Part shown: in pieces, positions 19,119-29,715 of the stretch
Layout of the letters: every line of letters starts with the position of its first letter
How positions within the stretch are numbered: the first letter of the stretch is position 1
NCBI GenBank assembly: GCA_963845565.1
Contig: CAWJSJ010000005.1
Span: forward strand, 128,001 to 192,000
DNA: 64,000 nucleotides
Source of the DNA: an uncultured Methylomirabilota bacterium
GTDB taxonomy: Bacteria > Methylomirabilota > Methylomirabilia > Methylomirabilales > 2-02-FULL-66-22
Reading direction: 5' to 3'
Notes under the pieces: generated by a model
The model's database searches: none
Told to the model about the DNA's origin: nothing
What the model saw: only the letters and a program-made list of their open reading frames with translations
Translations under genes and position numbers: made by a program

Positions 19119-20175
19119 ATGAGCGCAACGACGACGGTAAGGGTCGCGGTATCGCGACGGACGTTCCTCAAGGCGGCGGCGGCGACCAGCGGTGCGGCGG
19201 CTCTCGGGTGGGATTCCTGGCATCCTCCAGCGCAGGCCAGGCTCCGGCCTACGCGAAGGGGACGAAACTCCATTACCTGATGCAGCTCCATTTCATCCCG
19301 GCGACGGACAAGGTGTTCATGGATCAGGCGGCGGAGTTCGGGAAGCAGATGGGGGTCGAGATCCAGGTCGAGCGGATCGGACAGAACGATGTTCCGACCC
19401 GGGCGGCGGCGGCGGTCGAGATGAAGTCCGGCCCTGACATGATCCAGATCCAAAACAACTTCCCCCTCCTCTTGGCCGACGGTGCGGTTGACGTCGGCGA
19501 TGTCGCCGAGCCTATCGGGAAGGCCCAGGGTGGGTACTACGACCTCCCCAAAGCGAACGCGTTCTCGGACGGACGATGGATCGCGGTTCCTCACGATGTC
19601 TTGGCGTGGGCCTGGAACTACCGCGAGTCGTGGATGTTCGAGGTGGGATACAACAAGTTCCCCGAGACACCTGGGACCAGTTCCGCGACATGGGGAAGAA
19701 GCTGAAGGCCAAGGGCCACCCGGTCGGCTGCGCCTTCGGCCACAGCACGAACGATCCCAATAACTACTGCTACGCCCTGACCTGGGGCTTCGGCGGCATG
19801 GAGGTGGAGAAGGACGGCAAGACCGTCGTCCTGGACAAGAAGGGCACGCTCGAGGCTCTGAAGCTCAACACCGCCATGTGGAAGGAGGCCATGGACGAGG
19901 GCGGCCTGTCCTGGGACGACGCCTCGAACAACCGGGCGTTCCTGGCGGGCAGCATCTCGGTGACCGGGAACTCGCCGAGCATCTATCCCGTGGCGCGAGA
20001 CAAGTTCCCGGATATCTACGCAGGACATGAACCACGCCCCGACGCCCAAGGGTCCGGCCGGCCGCTTCTATCAACTGCCGACGATCGGCGTGATGGTCAT
20101 GAAGCACTGCAAAGAGCAGAAGCTGGCCAAGGAGTTCATCAAGTGGTTCAGGCCAAGGAGCAGTAGAGAATGGTT
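19119..20175 (+). pseudogene. Tat-exported CUT1 ABC substrate-binding protein, multiply frameshifted and 3'-truncated
   Basis: GAGGAGG RBS, SRRTFLK Tat motif; SBP segments in successive frames (WNYR, DTWDQF, WDDASNNRAFL, LAKEFIKW), then similarity stops. Confidence 0.7.
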
Positions 20176-20314
20176 CGCCCCGGCCGAGATTTGCCATTCC
20201 GCCGACCCCTCGGTCGCGCAGTAGAGGCGTCGCTTTGCCTAGGTGCACCCGGTCTCGCCTCAGTATGCGGGGGTGCGCCCGGGGTGCCGTTAACCCCAAC
20301 CCGTGGAGAACGAG

Positions 20315-21664
20315 ATGAACCTGCATCGCAAACTGCTCCGCCGCGCCGAAGAAAAGCGGCCCATTCGCGTCGGTCTCATCGGTGCCGGCAAGTTCGGCAC
20401 GATGTTCTTGGCTCAAGCGCGGCTCACGCCGGGAATCCACATCTTGGGGGTGGCCGACCTGAACGTGGGACGGGCGCGGGATGCGTTCCAGAGGGCCGGA
20501 TGGCCGGCCGAGCAGGTGGCGGCGTCCTCGCTCGCGGCGGCCCTGAAGAGCGGGGGCACCCACATCACCGACGACGCGATGGCCTTGATCGCGGCGGACG
20601 GCCTGGATGTGGTGGTGGAGGCGACTGGAGTTCCGCAGGCGGGCATCAAGCACGCCCTCGCGGCGATCGCGCACAAGCGGCACGTGATCATGGTCTGTGT
20701 CGAGGCGGACGCTCTGGCGGGTCCGCTCCTGGCCAAGAAAGCCCGGGAGGCGGGTGTCGTGTACTCATTGGCCTACGGAGACCAGCCGGCCATCATCTGC
20801 GAGTTGGTGGACTGGGCGCGGGCCTGCGGCTTCCCCGTGGTCTGCGCCGGGAAAGGCACCCGCTACCATCCGACCTTTCACGAGTCCACGCCGGAGACGG
20901 TCTGGACGCATTTCGGATGGAGCGAAGAAACGGCGAAGAAAGCGGGCGCCAACCCCAAGATGTTCAATTCATTCATCGACGGGACGAAATCCGGCATCGA
21001 GATGACCGCGGTGTGCAACGCCACCGGGCTCATGGCGCCACCCGACGGTCTGCAGTTTCCACCGGTGCCGGCCGCCGAGGTTGCCAAGTTCCTGAAGCCC
21101 AGAGCCGACGGCGGGACGCTGCCTTACAAAGGGACGGTCGAGGTCATCTCCAGCCTGAATCGGGATATGACCCCGGTGCCCCACCACCTGCAGGTGGGGG
21201 TGTACGTGACGTACGAAGCGCCAACCGAGTACACGCAGCGTTGTTTCAGCGAATATTGGCTCCTCCCCGACGAGACCGGGAAGTACGCCGGTCTGTATCG
21301 GCCGTTGCATCTGATCGGATTGGAACTGGGTGTCAGTGTGGCTTCTGCCGCGCTTCGCGACGAGCCGACCGGGTGCCCGGTTGCGTGGCAGGCGGACGTG
21401 GTGGCGACGGCCAAGCGGGATCTCCGTCCGGGTGAGGTGCTGGACGGGGAAGGCGGATACATGGTGTGGGGAAAGATTTTGCCCGCCACGACCTCGTTGG
21501 CGAAAAATGGTTTACCTCTCGGACTCGCCCACACCAAGCTCGTTCGACCGGTTGCGAAAGGAGAGATCGTTACCTGGACAGATATCGAGGTGGATCGCAA
21601 GGATTCCACGGTTGCCTTCCGACGAGAGATGGAGAAAGCCTTTGCGCCCGCGGCAACCAAATGA
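20315..21664 (+). CDS. NAD(P)-dependent oxidoreductase, homoserine dehydrogenase-like with C-terminal SAF domain
   Basis: GAGKFG, GDQP, DGTK..IEM, YRPLHLIG.E and AKRDL.PGE.LDGEGG motifs. Confidence 0.9.
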   Translation: MNLHRKLLRRAEEKRPIRVGLIGAGKFGTMFLAQARLTPGIHILGVADLNVGRARDAFQRAGWPAEQVAASSLAAALKSGGTHITDDAMALIAADGLDVVVEATGVPQAGIKHALAAIAHKRHVIMVCVEADALAGPLLAKKAREAGVVYSLAYGDQPAIICELVDWARACGFPVVCAGKGTRYHPTFHESTPETVWTHFGWSEETAKKAGANPKMFNSFIDGTKSGIEMTAVCNATGLMAPPDGLQFPPVPAAEVAKFLKPRADGGTLPYKGTVEVISSLNRDMTPVPHHLQVGVYVTYEAPTEYTQRCFSEYWLLPDETGKYAGLYRPLHLIGLELGVSVASAALRDEPTGCPVAWQADVVATAKRDLRPGEVLDGEGGYMVWGKILPATTSLAKNGLPLGLAHTKLVRPVAKGEIVTWTDIEVDRKDSTVAFRREMEKAFAPAATK

Positions 21665-21707
21665 GCCCGCTGCCCGGTGTTGACCGCGCTCGACGAGGTC
21701 GGGCCCG

Positions 21708-22662
21708 ATGAGCGATCGTCCGATCCGGGCGGGGGGGCTCGCCGTCTCGTTTCGGCGCCTGCGAACGGCCAGTCCCAGCGAGCGGCGGGAGTGGCTCTTC
21801 GCCGTTGCGCTTCTCCTGCCCGCTCTGACCATGTTATCCCTGTTCGTGGCGTATCCTTTCATCCGGGGGATCTGGCTCTCGGTGTTGAATACCACAGTCG
21901 GACGCGAGGGGGATTTCGTCGGCCTTCAGAACTACGTGAAGCTCTGGCATGACAGCATCTTCCAGCGCACCACGCAGAACACCTTCATCTACACCGGCAT
22001 CGCCACGGTGCTGAAATTGGCGCTGGGGATGGCGGTGGCGCTCATGCTGAACATGCTGATCGGGTTCAAGCGCCTCTTGCGAGCCTCCCTGCTCCTGCCG
22101 TGGATCATTCCCACGGTCCTGTCCACCCTGGCCTGGAAGTGGATGTTCGATCCCGACCTTCAGCATCGTGAACTGGATCCTCTATCACCTCGGCTTTATC
22201 GAACGCGCGTGTGGACTGGCTGGGCGGACCCGTAGCCGCCATGTGGTCGGTATCATGGTGAACGTCTGGCGCGGGATGCCCTTCTTCGCCATCACGCTCC
22301 TGGCGGGCCTGCAGACCATCAGCCCAGACATTCAGGAGGCGGCCGCTATCGACGGGGCCAACGCCTGGCAGCGATTCTGGCGGGTGACATGGCCCCTCCT
22401 GATGCCGGTGACGATGGTGGTCATGCTCTTCTCCGTCATCCAGACGTTCGCCGATTTCCAGCTGGTGTACATCCTGACGGGCGGGGGCCCGCGAACAGCA
22501 CGCACCTGTTCGCCACGTACGCGTACCAGATCGGGATCCAAACCGGGAAGCTCGGCGAAGGCGCGGCGGCGTCCCTGGCGATGTTCCCGTTCCTCTTCCT
22601 GGTGGTGGTCTTCCAGCTCTGGTACGTGCGGCGCGGCGAGGGCAGCGCGAAGGAGGCGCTGA
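21708..22662 (+). CDS. CUT1 ABC permease (frameshifts at ~22160, ~22490 and others)
   Basis: FVGLQNY, LLPWIIP, EAAAIDGA and LTGGGP motifs across frames. Confidence 0.8.
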
Positions 22663-23136
22663 TGGTGATGGTCACGGGGGCCTGGTGGAAGCGGTGGCTG
22701 TGCTTGTACCTCCCGCTTGGGGCGGTGGCCATTCTCACGCTGTTCCCGTTTTACTACATGGCGGTGACAGCGATCCGTCCGGACCGGGAGATGTACATTC
22801 CCTGGAACCGTCCCAACTTCGCCCCGTTCTGGACCTGCGCACCCGACGCTGGAGCATTTCGCGCGGCTGTTCCGGGAGACGCTGTTTTGCGGGGTGGGTG
22901 AACACGTTCGATCATCTCGCTCGGGTCGACGGCTATCTCCTCTTCTGCGGCTTGCTGGCGGCCTACGCCCTGGCCCGGCTGCGGTTTCCCGGGAGGTGGG
23001 GCCATGGGCACCGGCATCTTCGTGACGTACCTGGTTCCCCAGACGCTTCTCTTCATTCCGCTGGGAGAGGTCATCCGGACCTTCCGCCTCGCGCGATTCT
23101 CCCTGGGCGCTGATCCTCACCTACCCCACGTTCCTC
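22662..23136 (+). pseudogene. Second CUT1 ABC permease, frameshifted and truncated before the EAA loop
   Basis: LFPFYYM, AAYALARLRFPG, YLVPQTLLFIPL, WALILTYPTFL, then an abrupt switch to tctA (minus strand) sequence. Confidence 0.72.
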
Positions 23137-24582
23137 CAGGATGACACCGAACGCGAGGAGCATGAAGCCCAGCGCGATCGGCCGGTTGAAGAAGATCGCG
23201 TACGACCCGGCGGAGATGGCGAGAGCCTGCTTGAGGGCGATCTCCAGCGGTTGCGCCAGGATCGTGGCCAGCACCACCGGCGCCAGGGGATAGCCGAACT
23301 TTCGCATGAGGTAGCCGATCACCCCGAAGAGCAGCGACATCCACACGTCGAACATCAGGAAGCGCACACTGTAGGCCCCGATCAACGAGAACACGACGAT
23401 CAGGGGCCCCAGGATCGGGAACGGGATGAAGGCGATCCGCGCCCAGAACCCCACGAGCGGAAGATTCAGGACCAGCAGCATGACGTTGCCGATGTACATG
23501 CTGGCAATGACGGACCAGACCAGTTGTGGCTGCTCCGTCCACAGACGCGGGCCGGGCTGGATGCCGTACATCATGAGGGCGCCCAGGAGCATCGCCAGCG
23601 TGGGCCCCGGAGGAATGCCGAGGGCCAGGAGCGGGATGAACTGCGCGCTGCTGCCGGCGTTGTTGGCCCCCTCCGGCCCCGCGACCCCTTCCATGGCCCC
23701 ATGGCCGAACTTCTCCGGGTGCTTGGAGAAGCGCTTCTCCACGTCGTAGGCCACGAAGGTGGAAACCGCCGGCCCGCAACCCGGCAGGAGGCCCAGGAAG
23801 AAGCCGACGACGGTGGAGCGGATCATGGTGACCCAGGTGTCCCGGATGTCCTGCCAGGTCGGGAGCCAGTTCTTGATCTTGGTGTCGTAGATGTGGGTGA
23901 TCTCTTTCTCCAGGTTGACGAAGACCTCGCCGAACGCGAAGAGGCCGATCACCACGGCGATGAAGTTGACGCCGGCGATGAGCTCGGAGAAGCCGAAGGT
24001 GAGGCGGGTGGTCCCGGAGATGGGGTCCATGCCGACCAGGCTGAACATCAGTCCCGCCAGCATCCCGGCCAGCCCCTTGAGCAGCGCCTTCTCCGACAGG
24101 CTCACGACCAGACTCAGCGCCATGAACATCAGGGCGAAGTACTCGGGCGGCCCAAAGGCCAGCGCGACGCCCGCCAGCGCGGGGGCGAAGAAGGTCACCC
24201 CGACCAGGCTGATCGTCCCGGCCACGAAGGAGGCAATGGCGGCGATCCCGAGCGCGGGGCCACCCCGGCCCTGCTTCGCCAGCTCGTAGCCGTCCAGGGC
24301 CGTCGGCACGGAGGCGGCCTCCCCCGGGATGTTCACGACGATGGCGGTGGTGGAGCCCCCGTACATGGCCCCGTAGTAGATGGCGGCCATCATGATGATG
24401 GCGGGGGCCGGCGGCAAGACGGTCGTGAGGGGGAGCAGGATGGCGATTCCCGAGGTGGGGCCGATGCCGGGGAGCACGCCGACCAGGGTACCGATCAGGC
24501 TGCCGATGAGAGCAAAGAAGAGATTATATGGGGTGAGGGCGTTCGCGAAGCCCTGCCCGAGGAGTTCCCAGGAAAAGAGCAT
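23071..24582 (-). CDS. tctA: Tripartite tricarboxylate transporter large subunit (native C-terminus lost at the ~23135 junction)
   Basis: GVLPGIG, YYGAMYGGS, NIPG, GPEGANNA and LGIP motifs. Confidence 0.93.
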   Translation of the reverse strand: MLFSWELLGQGFANALTPYNLFFALIGSLIGTLVGVLPGIGPTSGIAILLPLTTVLPPAPAIIMMAAIYYGAMYGGSTTAIVVNIPGEAASVPTALDGYELAKQGRGGPALGIAAIASFVAGTISLVGVTFFAPALAGVALAFGPPEYFALMFMALSLVVSLSEKALLKGLAGMLAGLMFSLVGMDPISGTTRLTFGFSELIAGVNFIAVVIGLFAFGEVFVNLEKEITHIYDTKIKNWLPTWQDIRDTWVTMIRSTVVGFFLGLLPGCGPAVSTFVAYDVEKRFSKHPEKFGHGAMEGVAGPEGANNAGSSAQFIPLLALGIPPGPTLAMLLGALMMYGIQPGPRLWTEQPQLVWSVIASMYIGNVMLLVLNLPLVGFWARIAFIPFPILGPLIVVFSLIGAYSVRFLMFDVWMSLLFGVIGYLMRKFGYPLAPVVLATILAQPLEIALKQALAISAGSYAIFFNRPIALGFMLLAFGVILEERGVGEDQRPGRIARGGRSG

Positions 24583-24612
24583 GCGGTCTATGACCTTCCT
24601 GCTCGCGGGCGT

Positions 24613-25083
24613 CTAGTAGAGCAGCTCTAGGAGGCCCAACGGGAAACCGAGCCCGAGGAACTCGATGAACACGACGTGGACCACCAGGCCGGTGACCAGA
24701 CCCAGGAGGAGCGAGGCCCAGTACCGATAGCGGCCGAGGTACCAGGACAATCCGGCCACGAAGAAGGTCGTGGCGATGGGAAAGCCGAGCGCGCCCATCA
24801 GCCCGATAAAGAGGACCAGGGCAACGAAGGCGACGCCGAGCCGACGGAGACCCCGCCGATCCGGCCACTGGACCAGCACGGGAGCGCCGCGATACCGCAC
24901 GGCCAGCACGACGATTCCCGCCCCGATGGCTAGGAGACCCCAGCCGACCAGGGAGGGCAGGGTGCGGGGATCGAGGCTCTGCCCTGCCATCCCCTTGATC
25001 CCCCGGGAGGCCGCCAGGGTGACCAGACCGAGGAGGATCAGCAGTGTCCCGGTGATCAGGTCGGCCGACTTCAGCGTCCGCAT
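24613..25083 (-). CDS. tctB: Tripartite tricarboxylate transporter small subunit
   Basis: 4-5 TMs, LGF.IAT and F..LG..P pattern; between tctC and tctA. Confidence 0.88.
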   Translation of the reverse strand: MRTLKSADLITGTLLILLGLVTLAASRGIKGMAGQSLDPRTLPSLVGWGLLAIGAGIVVLAVRYRGAPVLVQWPDRRGLRRLGVAFVALVLFIGLMGALGFPIATTFFVAGLSWYLGRYRYWASLLLGLVTGLVVHVVFIEFLGLGFPLGLLELLY

Positions 25084-25095
25084 GACGTCCGCGCC

Positions 25096-25151
25096 CTAGG
25101 AGCCGTTACGAAATAATTTGTCCATTTTTGCAATTTCGTTACGGCTCCTTA
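25096..25151. mobile_element. GGAGCC miniature element, copy 2 (inverted)
   Basis: CTA-GGAGCCGTTACGAAATA...ATTTCGTTACGGCTCC-TTA. Confidence 0.7.
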
Positions 25152-25197
25152 TGCCGTTCCCGGAATTTCTCCGGTGCAATTATTCTGTGACAACGGC

Positions 25198-26172
25198 TTA
25201 CTTCTTTGTGGTATCCGCGTCCTTGAGCGCCTCTTTCCAGAAAGCCTGCTGCCGGACGATCTCGGCTTTGAACTCCTCGGCGCCCATGGCCCTGGAGACG
25301 AAGCCGTCCTTGCGCATCTGCTCCTTGACCTCGGGGCTGTTGGTGACATCCAGAAACGCCTTCTCCAGCTTCTTGACGGCATAGTCCGGCGCCCCGACAG
25401 GGAGGGCGACCCCGCGAGAAACGCCCATGTCGTAATCGAAACCCAACTCCTTGAAGGTGGGCACGTTCTCGAAGCCCGGGAACCGCTCCTTGGTGGCGAA
25501 TGCGAGCGGCACGATCTGATCCCGCAGGCGGACCATGTCGTCGCTATACGCGGTGATGGCATCCACATGGCCGCCCAGCAGGTTGGTGACCTGCGAAGCG
25601 GAGCCGCTGTGGGGAACGAACTGCATCTTGACTCCGGCATCCTTCTCCAGGCTGAGGTGGAGGATGTGGGTGATGCTCCAGAGAGCCACGCCGCCGATGC
25701 TGACCTTGCTGGGATTGGCCTTGGCCGCGGCGACCAGATCCTTGAGGCTCTTGTAGGGGCTGTCCTTCCTGACGGCCAGAGCCATGGGGGTGTACTGGAA
25801 ATCGCAGAGCGGAAGGAACTGCTCGGTCTTGTAGCCGACGTCCTGCATCAACGGCTGCGTGACGATCGTGGGGAGGTTGGTGCCGACGATGGTGTACCCA
25901 TCGGGCCGGGTGCGCACGAACTGCGCCCAGCCGACGGCCCCGCCCCCGCCGACCTTGTAATCAATCACGATCTTTTGGCCGAGGATCTTCTCCAGCAGAG
26001 GCTGCTGCAACCGGGCGGTACGGTCCGATTGCCCGCCCGGATCCCAGACGACCAAGTAGGTGATCGGCTTGATAGGATACCGTTCCGCATCGCCGCGGGC
26101 GCAATATCCCGAGGCGGCCACAGCCAAGAGAGCCAGGGCGACGAGCGACGCAATGCAAAGCTTTGTGCGCAT
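25198..26172 (-). CDS. tctC: Tripartite tricarboxylate transporter substrate-binding protein
   Basis: YP.KPI, PGG.SD..AR, PDGYT, LGGHVD and VPTFKELG motifs. Confidence 0.93.
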   Translation of the reverse strand: MRTKLCIASLVALALLAVAASGYCARGDAERYPIKPITYLVVWDPGGQSDRTARLQQPLLEKILGQKIVIDYKVGGGGAVGWAQFVRTRPDGYTIVGTNLPTIVTQPLMQDVGYKTEQFLPLCDFQYTPMALAVRKDSPYKSLKDLVAAAKANPSKVSIGGVALWSITHILHLSLEKDAGVKMQFVPHSGSASQVTNLLGGHVDAITAYSDDMVRLRDQIVPLAFATKERFPGFENVPTFKELGFDYDMGVSRGVALPVGAPDYAVKKLEKAFLDVTNSPEVKEQMRKDGFVSRAMGAEEFKAEIVRQQAFWKEALKDADTTKK

Positions 26173-26274
26173 GACTTTTCACCTCCGTGGTGGCGTGATC
26201 CGGAGCTGCCGACCGAGTTTGCCGATTGCCGTTCCTTTCTTCCCTGTGGGACGGCCTTGTGCCGTCCCAAGCCG

Positions 26275-27036
26275 TCACACCATGTAGCTGCCGCCGTTGA
26301 TGTCGATGCAGACGCCGTTCACGTAGCTGGAATCGTCGGACGCCAGGAAGGCGATGACGGTGGCCACCTCTTCGGGTTGAGCGAGACGGCGCAGCGGAAT
26401 GCCGGCCAGGATCCGCTGCTGCTCATCGGCGGCTCGGGCCTCCCACTTGGCCTTGACGCGGGCGGTCAGGACGATGCTGGGGGCGACGGAATTCACCCCG
26501 ATGCCGAAGGGGCCCAACTCCACCGCCATGTGCTTGGTGAGACCGATGATGCCCGCCTTGGCGGCGCTGTACTGCGGGCCGGAGATCCGGCTGAAGTTCC
26601 GGCCGGCGAACGAGGAGACGTTGACGATGCGGCCGGACTTCTGGGCTTTCATCACCGGGACGGCTGCCCGGATGGCCAGGAACGCCGACTTGAGGTTCAA
26701 GGCCACCGTCGCGTCCCAATCCGCCGGCACGATGGTCTCGACCGGCACGGTGGGCGTCCCCATGCCCGCGTTGTTCACCAGGATGTCCAGGCGGCCCCAT
26801 TCGTCCGTCACGCGCCGGATCATCGCCTCGACCTGTGCCTGGTCCAGGGCATCGCAGGGGACGACCAGCGCCTGGCCGCCGGCGTTTCGGATGGCGAGGG
26901 CGGTCTGCTCGAGGTCGGATACTGTGCGGGCGCTCACCGCTACGCGCGCGCCGCGAGCTGCCAGCACTTTGGCCGTGGCAGCGCCGATCCCGCGCGAGGC
27001 GCCGGTCACCAGGGCGACACGATCCGTGAGTAGCAT
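26275..27036 (-). CDS. Short-chain dehydrogenase/reductase
   Basis: TGASRGIG, NNAG and YSAAK motifs; GGAGG RBS. Confidence 0.93.
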   Translation of the reverse strand: MLLTDRVALVTGASRGIGAATAKVLAARGARVAVSARTVSDLEQTALAIRNAGGQALVVPCDALDQAQVEAMIRRVTDEWGRLDILVNNAGMGTPTVPVETIVPADWDATVALNLKSAFLAIRAAVPVMKAQKSGRIVNVSSFAGRNFSRISGPQYSAAKAGIIGLTKHMAVELGPFGIGVNSVAPSIVLTARVKAKWEARAADEQQRILAGIPLRRLAQPEEVATVIAFLASDDSSYVNGVCIDINGGSYMV

Positions 27037-27124
27037 GGGCACACCTCCGTGGGAAAAGCGAGAAAAGGGCGCCGCCGATCCGGGTGCGAGCATGGCCGGC
27101 CGACGGCAAAGCGGCTCGGCGTGC

Positions 27125-27154
27125 ATTAAATACCGGACCTTCGGCCCCTGTCAA
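27125..27154 (-). promoter_or_regulatory. sigma70-like promoter for SDR-tctCBA
   Basis: TTGACA-N18-TTTAAT on the minus strand. Confidence 0.5.
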
Positions 27155-27458
27155 GCCAACCGGCCAGCGCGCCGATCGGCTGACCGGAAAAGCGAGCAAG
27201 CGTCCAGGGGGTAAGGCAGCATCGGCGACGGTTACTGAAGCGGGGGAAGGTATTGGAGGGAATCGACCCGTTGATCGACATGCGTCGTCGGCTTGTCGGC
27301 CTGGACGCGCTACCGTCGAGCGGTGGTCGCGGTCCGATCTTCATACGGCGGCTCACGACGTTCCGGCTGGTGGCGACTCCCCGTGAATTTAGGTGAGAGT
27401 GGTGGGAAATCTGTCGGACCTCCCGTCGTCTCGTGCGGGAGATTCGTTGAGTTGGCCC

Positions 27459-27722
27459 TTATTGCGAGACGGCGATCCGGCCGACCTCGGTCCAGATGTC
27501 GCATTCCGGCGCGCGCTGCGCGCGCTTCTCGCCGACCATGGATTCGAGGCGCTCGAGCAATTTGCGCTTGTCGTCCTTGTCGCGCTCCGTGGCCGCGGGT
27601 GCGTCCCGCAACTGCTGCCGTGCGGCCTCCACGGCTTGACGGCAACGGGCTTCCTGCTCGGGAGCGGCAAAGGCCACACCGCACAAGGGCAGGGCGAGAA
27701 TCAGCGCGCCAAATCGCTTCAT
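27459..27722 (-). CDS. Small secreted hypothetical protein
   Basis: GAGGTG RBS, signal peptide MKRFGALILALPLCGVAFA, helical body with two Cys. Confidence 0.6.
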   Translation of the reverse strand: MKRFGALILALPLCGVAFAAPEQEARCRQAVEAARQQLRDAPAATERDKDDKRKLLERLESMVGEKRAQRAPECDIWTEVGRIAVSQ

Positions 27723-27860
27723 GGACACCTCAACGGCGAGATGTTGCAGTTCCGGACCTTATGGGCACGCCACAGCCAGAGCGCGGACGAACCAAACGTG
27801 ACGGGAGCCCGGCTTTCCTGGATTGCCTCGTGCTCCCCGATGATCCCGGTCGGTTGGCGG

Positions 27861-29195
27861 TCATTCGCGTGGCGGTGATTGGTTCACACCCTGCGCGCGC
27901 CGGAGAAACGCGCGATTGACTTGACTGTGTGGTTTCAGCGCCAAACGCTCGTGGGCGAGTGCCTCGGCTAGCGACGTGAGCCCACCGCGAACCGCAGCCT
28001 CGGTCAGTGTCCAGTCGATGACGTCGCGCTGGGCGTGACTGCCGCCGAACTGATTCACGATGAAACGCGCCGGGTGGAGCCCCTCGGCACACTCCCGGTA
28101 CTGGCCGCGCCAGAAGGCCCGAAAGCCGCGGATCAGGGGAAGGCCCACCGCCCGGGTCCAACCGGCCGTGTCGGCGTCGCCGGCCGCGTGCCGCTCGAGG
28201 GTGGCGATCGCGCAGTCGACCTCGGGCTCGCGACCCGCGCCGAGGAAGGCCATCACCGCATGCCAGTCGTTGAAAGGGTATCGGCCGTCGGCATGCGGTT
28301 CCCAGCAACGCGCGACCTCCGCCCACCGATCCCCGACATCTTGTCCGGTCAGGTGGAGTCGCCAGAGCAGCGCGGAGGCATCGACCAGGTCGAGGGCGAC
28401 CATGCTGCGGCTTGCCCGGATCGGTCCGTCGTAGAGTCGCAGGACCTCGTCCGCTTGGCCGAGGTCGAGATGGCAGAGGGCGCGGTGCCACCAGTTGTGG
28501 ATCTTAAAAACGTTGTCGCTCGTGGCCCAGTACGGCTCCCGCGCGGTCATCCACCCGATGCCGTCGTGCGCGCGTCCTTGCATTTCCATGACATGGGCGA
28601 CGGCGTGGTGCGCCCAGCAGTCGAGCGGTTCGGCATCGAGAGCCGACCGCCCCGTCGCTTCTGCCCGGATGTAGTCGCCGGCCTCTTCGAGGCCAAAGGC
28701 ATACATTCCAAGCACCACACTATACCCGGGCGTCGAGGGCGACCAGCGGGGGAGCACCCGCGCCATGCGGTCGCGCATGTCCCGGGCGTTGGCGCGGTAG
28801 AAATCCATGATATGTCCGACTTGGAGTGCGAGCAGGTCGTGGGGATGCCGGACATTATGCAGATCCATCGCTGTGGCCGCAGCGACCCAGTTGCCTTGCA
28901 GTAAGTGCGCGAGGGCCGCGAGATGGGAGGCCTCGCGGTCGTCCGCCGGCAGGCCACGCGCGATCGCGACGATCTCGGCCGCTTGCGCGGTGGCTTGGGG
29001 CTCGGTGGCCAGCGCGAGGATGTGCGCCTTGAGGATGTGGGCCATGACCAGGCGTGGCGCCGCGGCGAGGGCGCGGTCGGCGGCGGCCAAAGGGTCGCCC
29101 CGGTACAAGTTGAAGTCGCTCAGTGCTTGGTCGAAGTGGGGGATCGCCTCCAGGGTCGCCCCGGACATCCGATTGCCTTGACGGTCAGTATTCAT
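27861..29195 (-). CDS. TTC38-like tetratricopeptide repeat protein
   Basis: GMYAFGLEE, WAHHAVAHV, HNWWH, DASALLWRL and GGSHAQRD motifs. Confidence 0.88.
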   Translation of the reverse strand: MNTDRQGNRMSGATLEAIPHFDQALSDFNLYRGDPLAAADRALAAAPRLVMAHILKAHILALATEPQATAQAAEIVAIARGLPADDREASHLAALAHLLQGNWVAAATAMDLHNVRHPHDLLALQVGHIMDFYRANARDMRDRMARVLPRWSPSTPGYSVVLGMYAFGLEEAGDYIRAEATGRSALDAEPLDCWAHHAVAHVMEMQGRAHDGIGWMTAREPYWATSDNVFKIHNWWHRALCHLDLGQADEVLRLYDGPIRASRSMVALDLVDASALLWRLHLTGQDVGDRWAEVARCWEPHADGRYPFNDWHAVMAFLGAGREPEVDCAIATLERHAAGDADTAGWTRAVGLPLIRGFRAFWRGQYRECAEGLHPARFIVNQFGGSHAQRDVIDWTLTEAAVRGGLTSLAEALAHERLALKPHSQVNRAFLRRAQGVNQSPPRE

Positions 29196-29715
29196 CGCGC
29201 GCTCTCCCTTTCCGGAACGGCACCACCGTCACCGCGAGGCCGAACCGCTATGGTCGTTGGGGTGGGGACAGGATTTCCCGCTTCGGCCCTGCCCTCTGGA
29301 CATCGACCGGGCCGCTGTCCTGCCGGGTGCCGGCTCGACTGTTCGGCCCGATCCGCGCGATCCGCTCGTCCCCACGTCGCGTTCCATCAAGCCAGAAAAG
29401 TATCCGGGGCTAACGAACCGGCGGTCAAGGGGAAACGAAGAGTGATGGGATTAACGCTGTGGTGTCCGAGGATCGAGGGAGAACGGAGGGGAGGCGCACG
29501 GCCGAGGAAGGCGGGCGGCGCGTCTGGATGGCAGTGCTTGCACCGGGCGAGACTGACCCGGCGAAGGTCGCTTCACGGCACGTTCAGGAGGCATAAATTG
29601 ACTTTCTCGCCGGGCCCTGATATTCAACATCCCTGCCGAAGACTGCCAGGGAATGCGTATGGTGACCGCCGGCCGGCGCCCAGGGGCGTCGCCCGGAAAC
29701 GGAAAGGGGTGTGCC

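Noticed and set aside
18536..19705. Apparent GntR-SBP fusion ORF
   Set aside because: Frameshift artefact; the SBP has its own RBS, ATG 19119 and Tat signal
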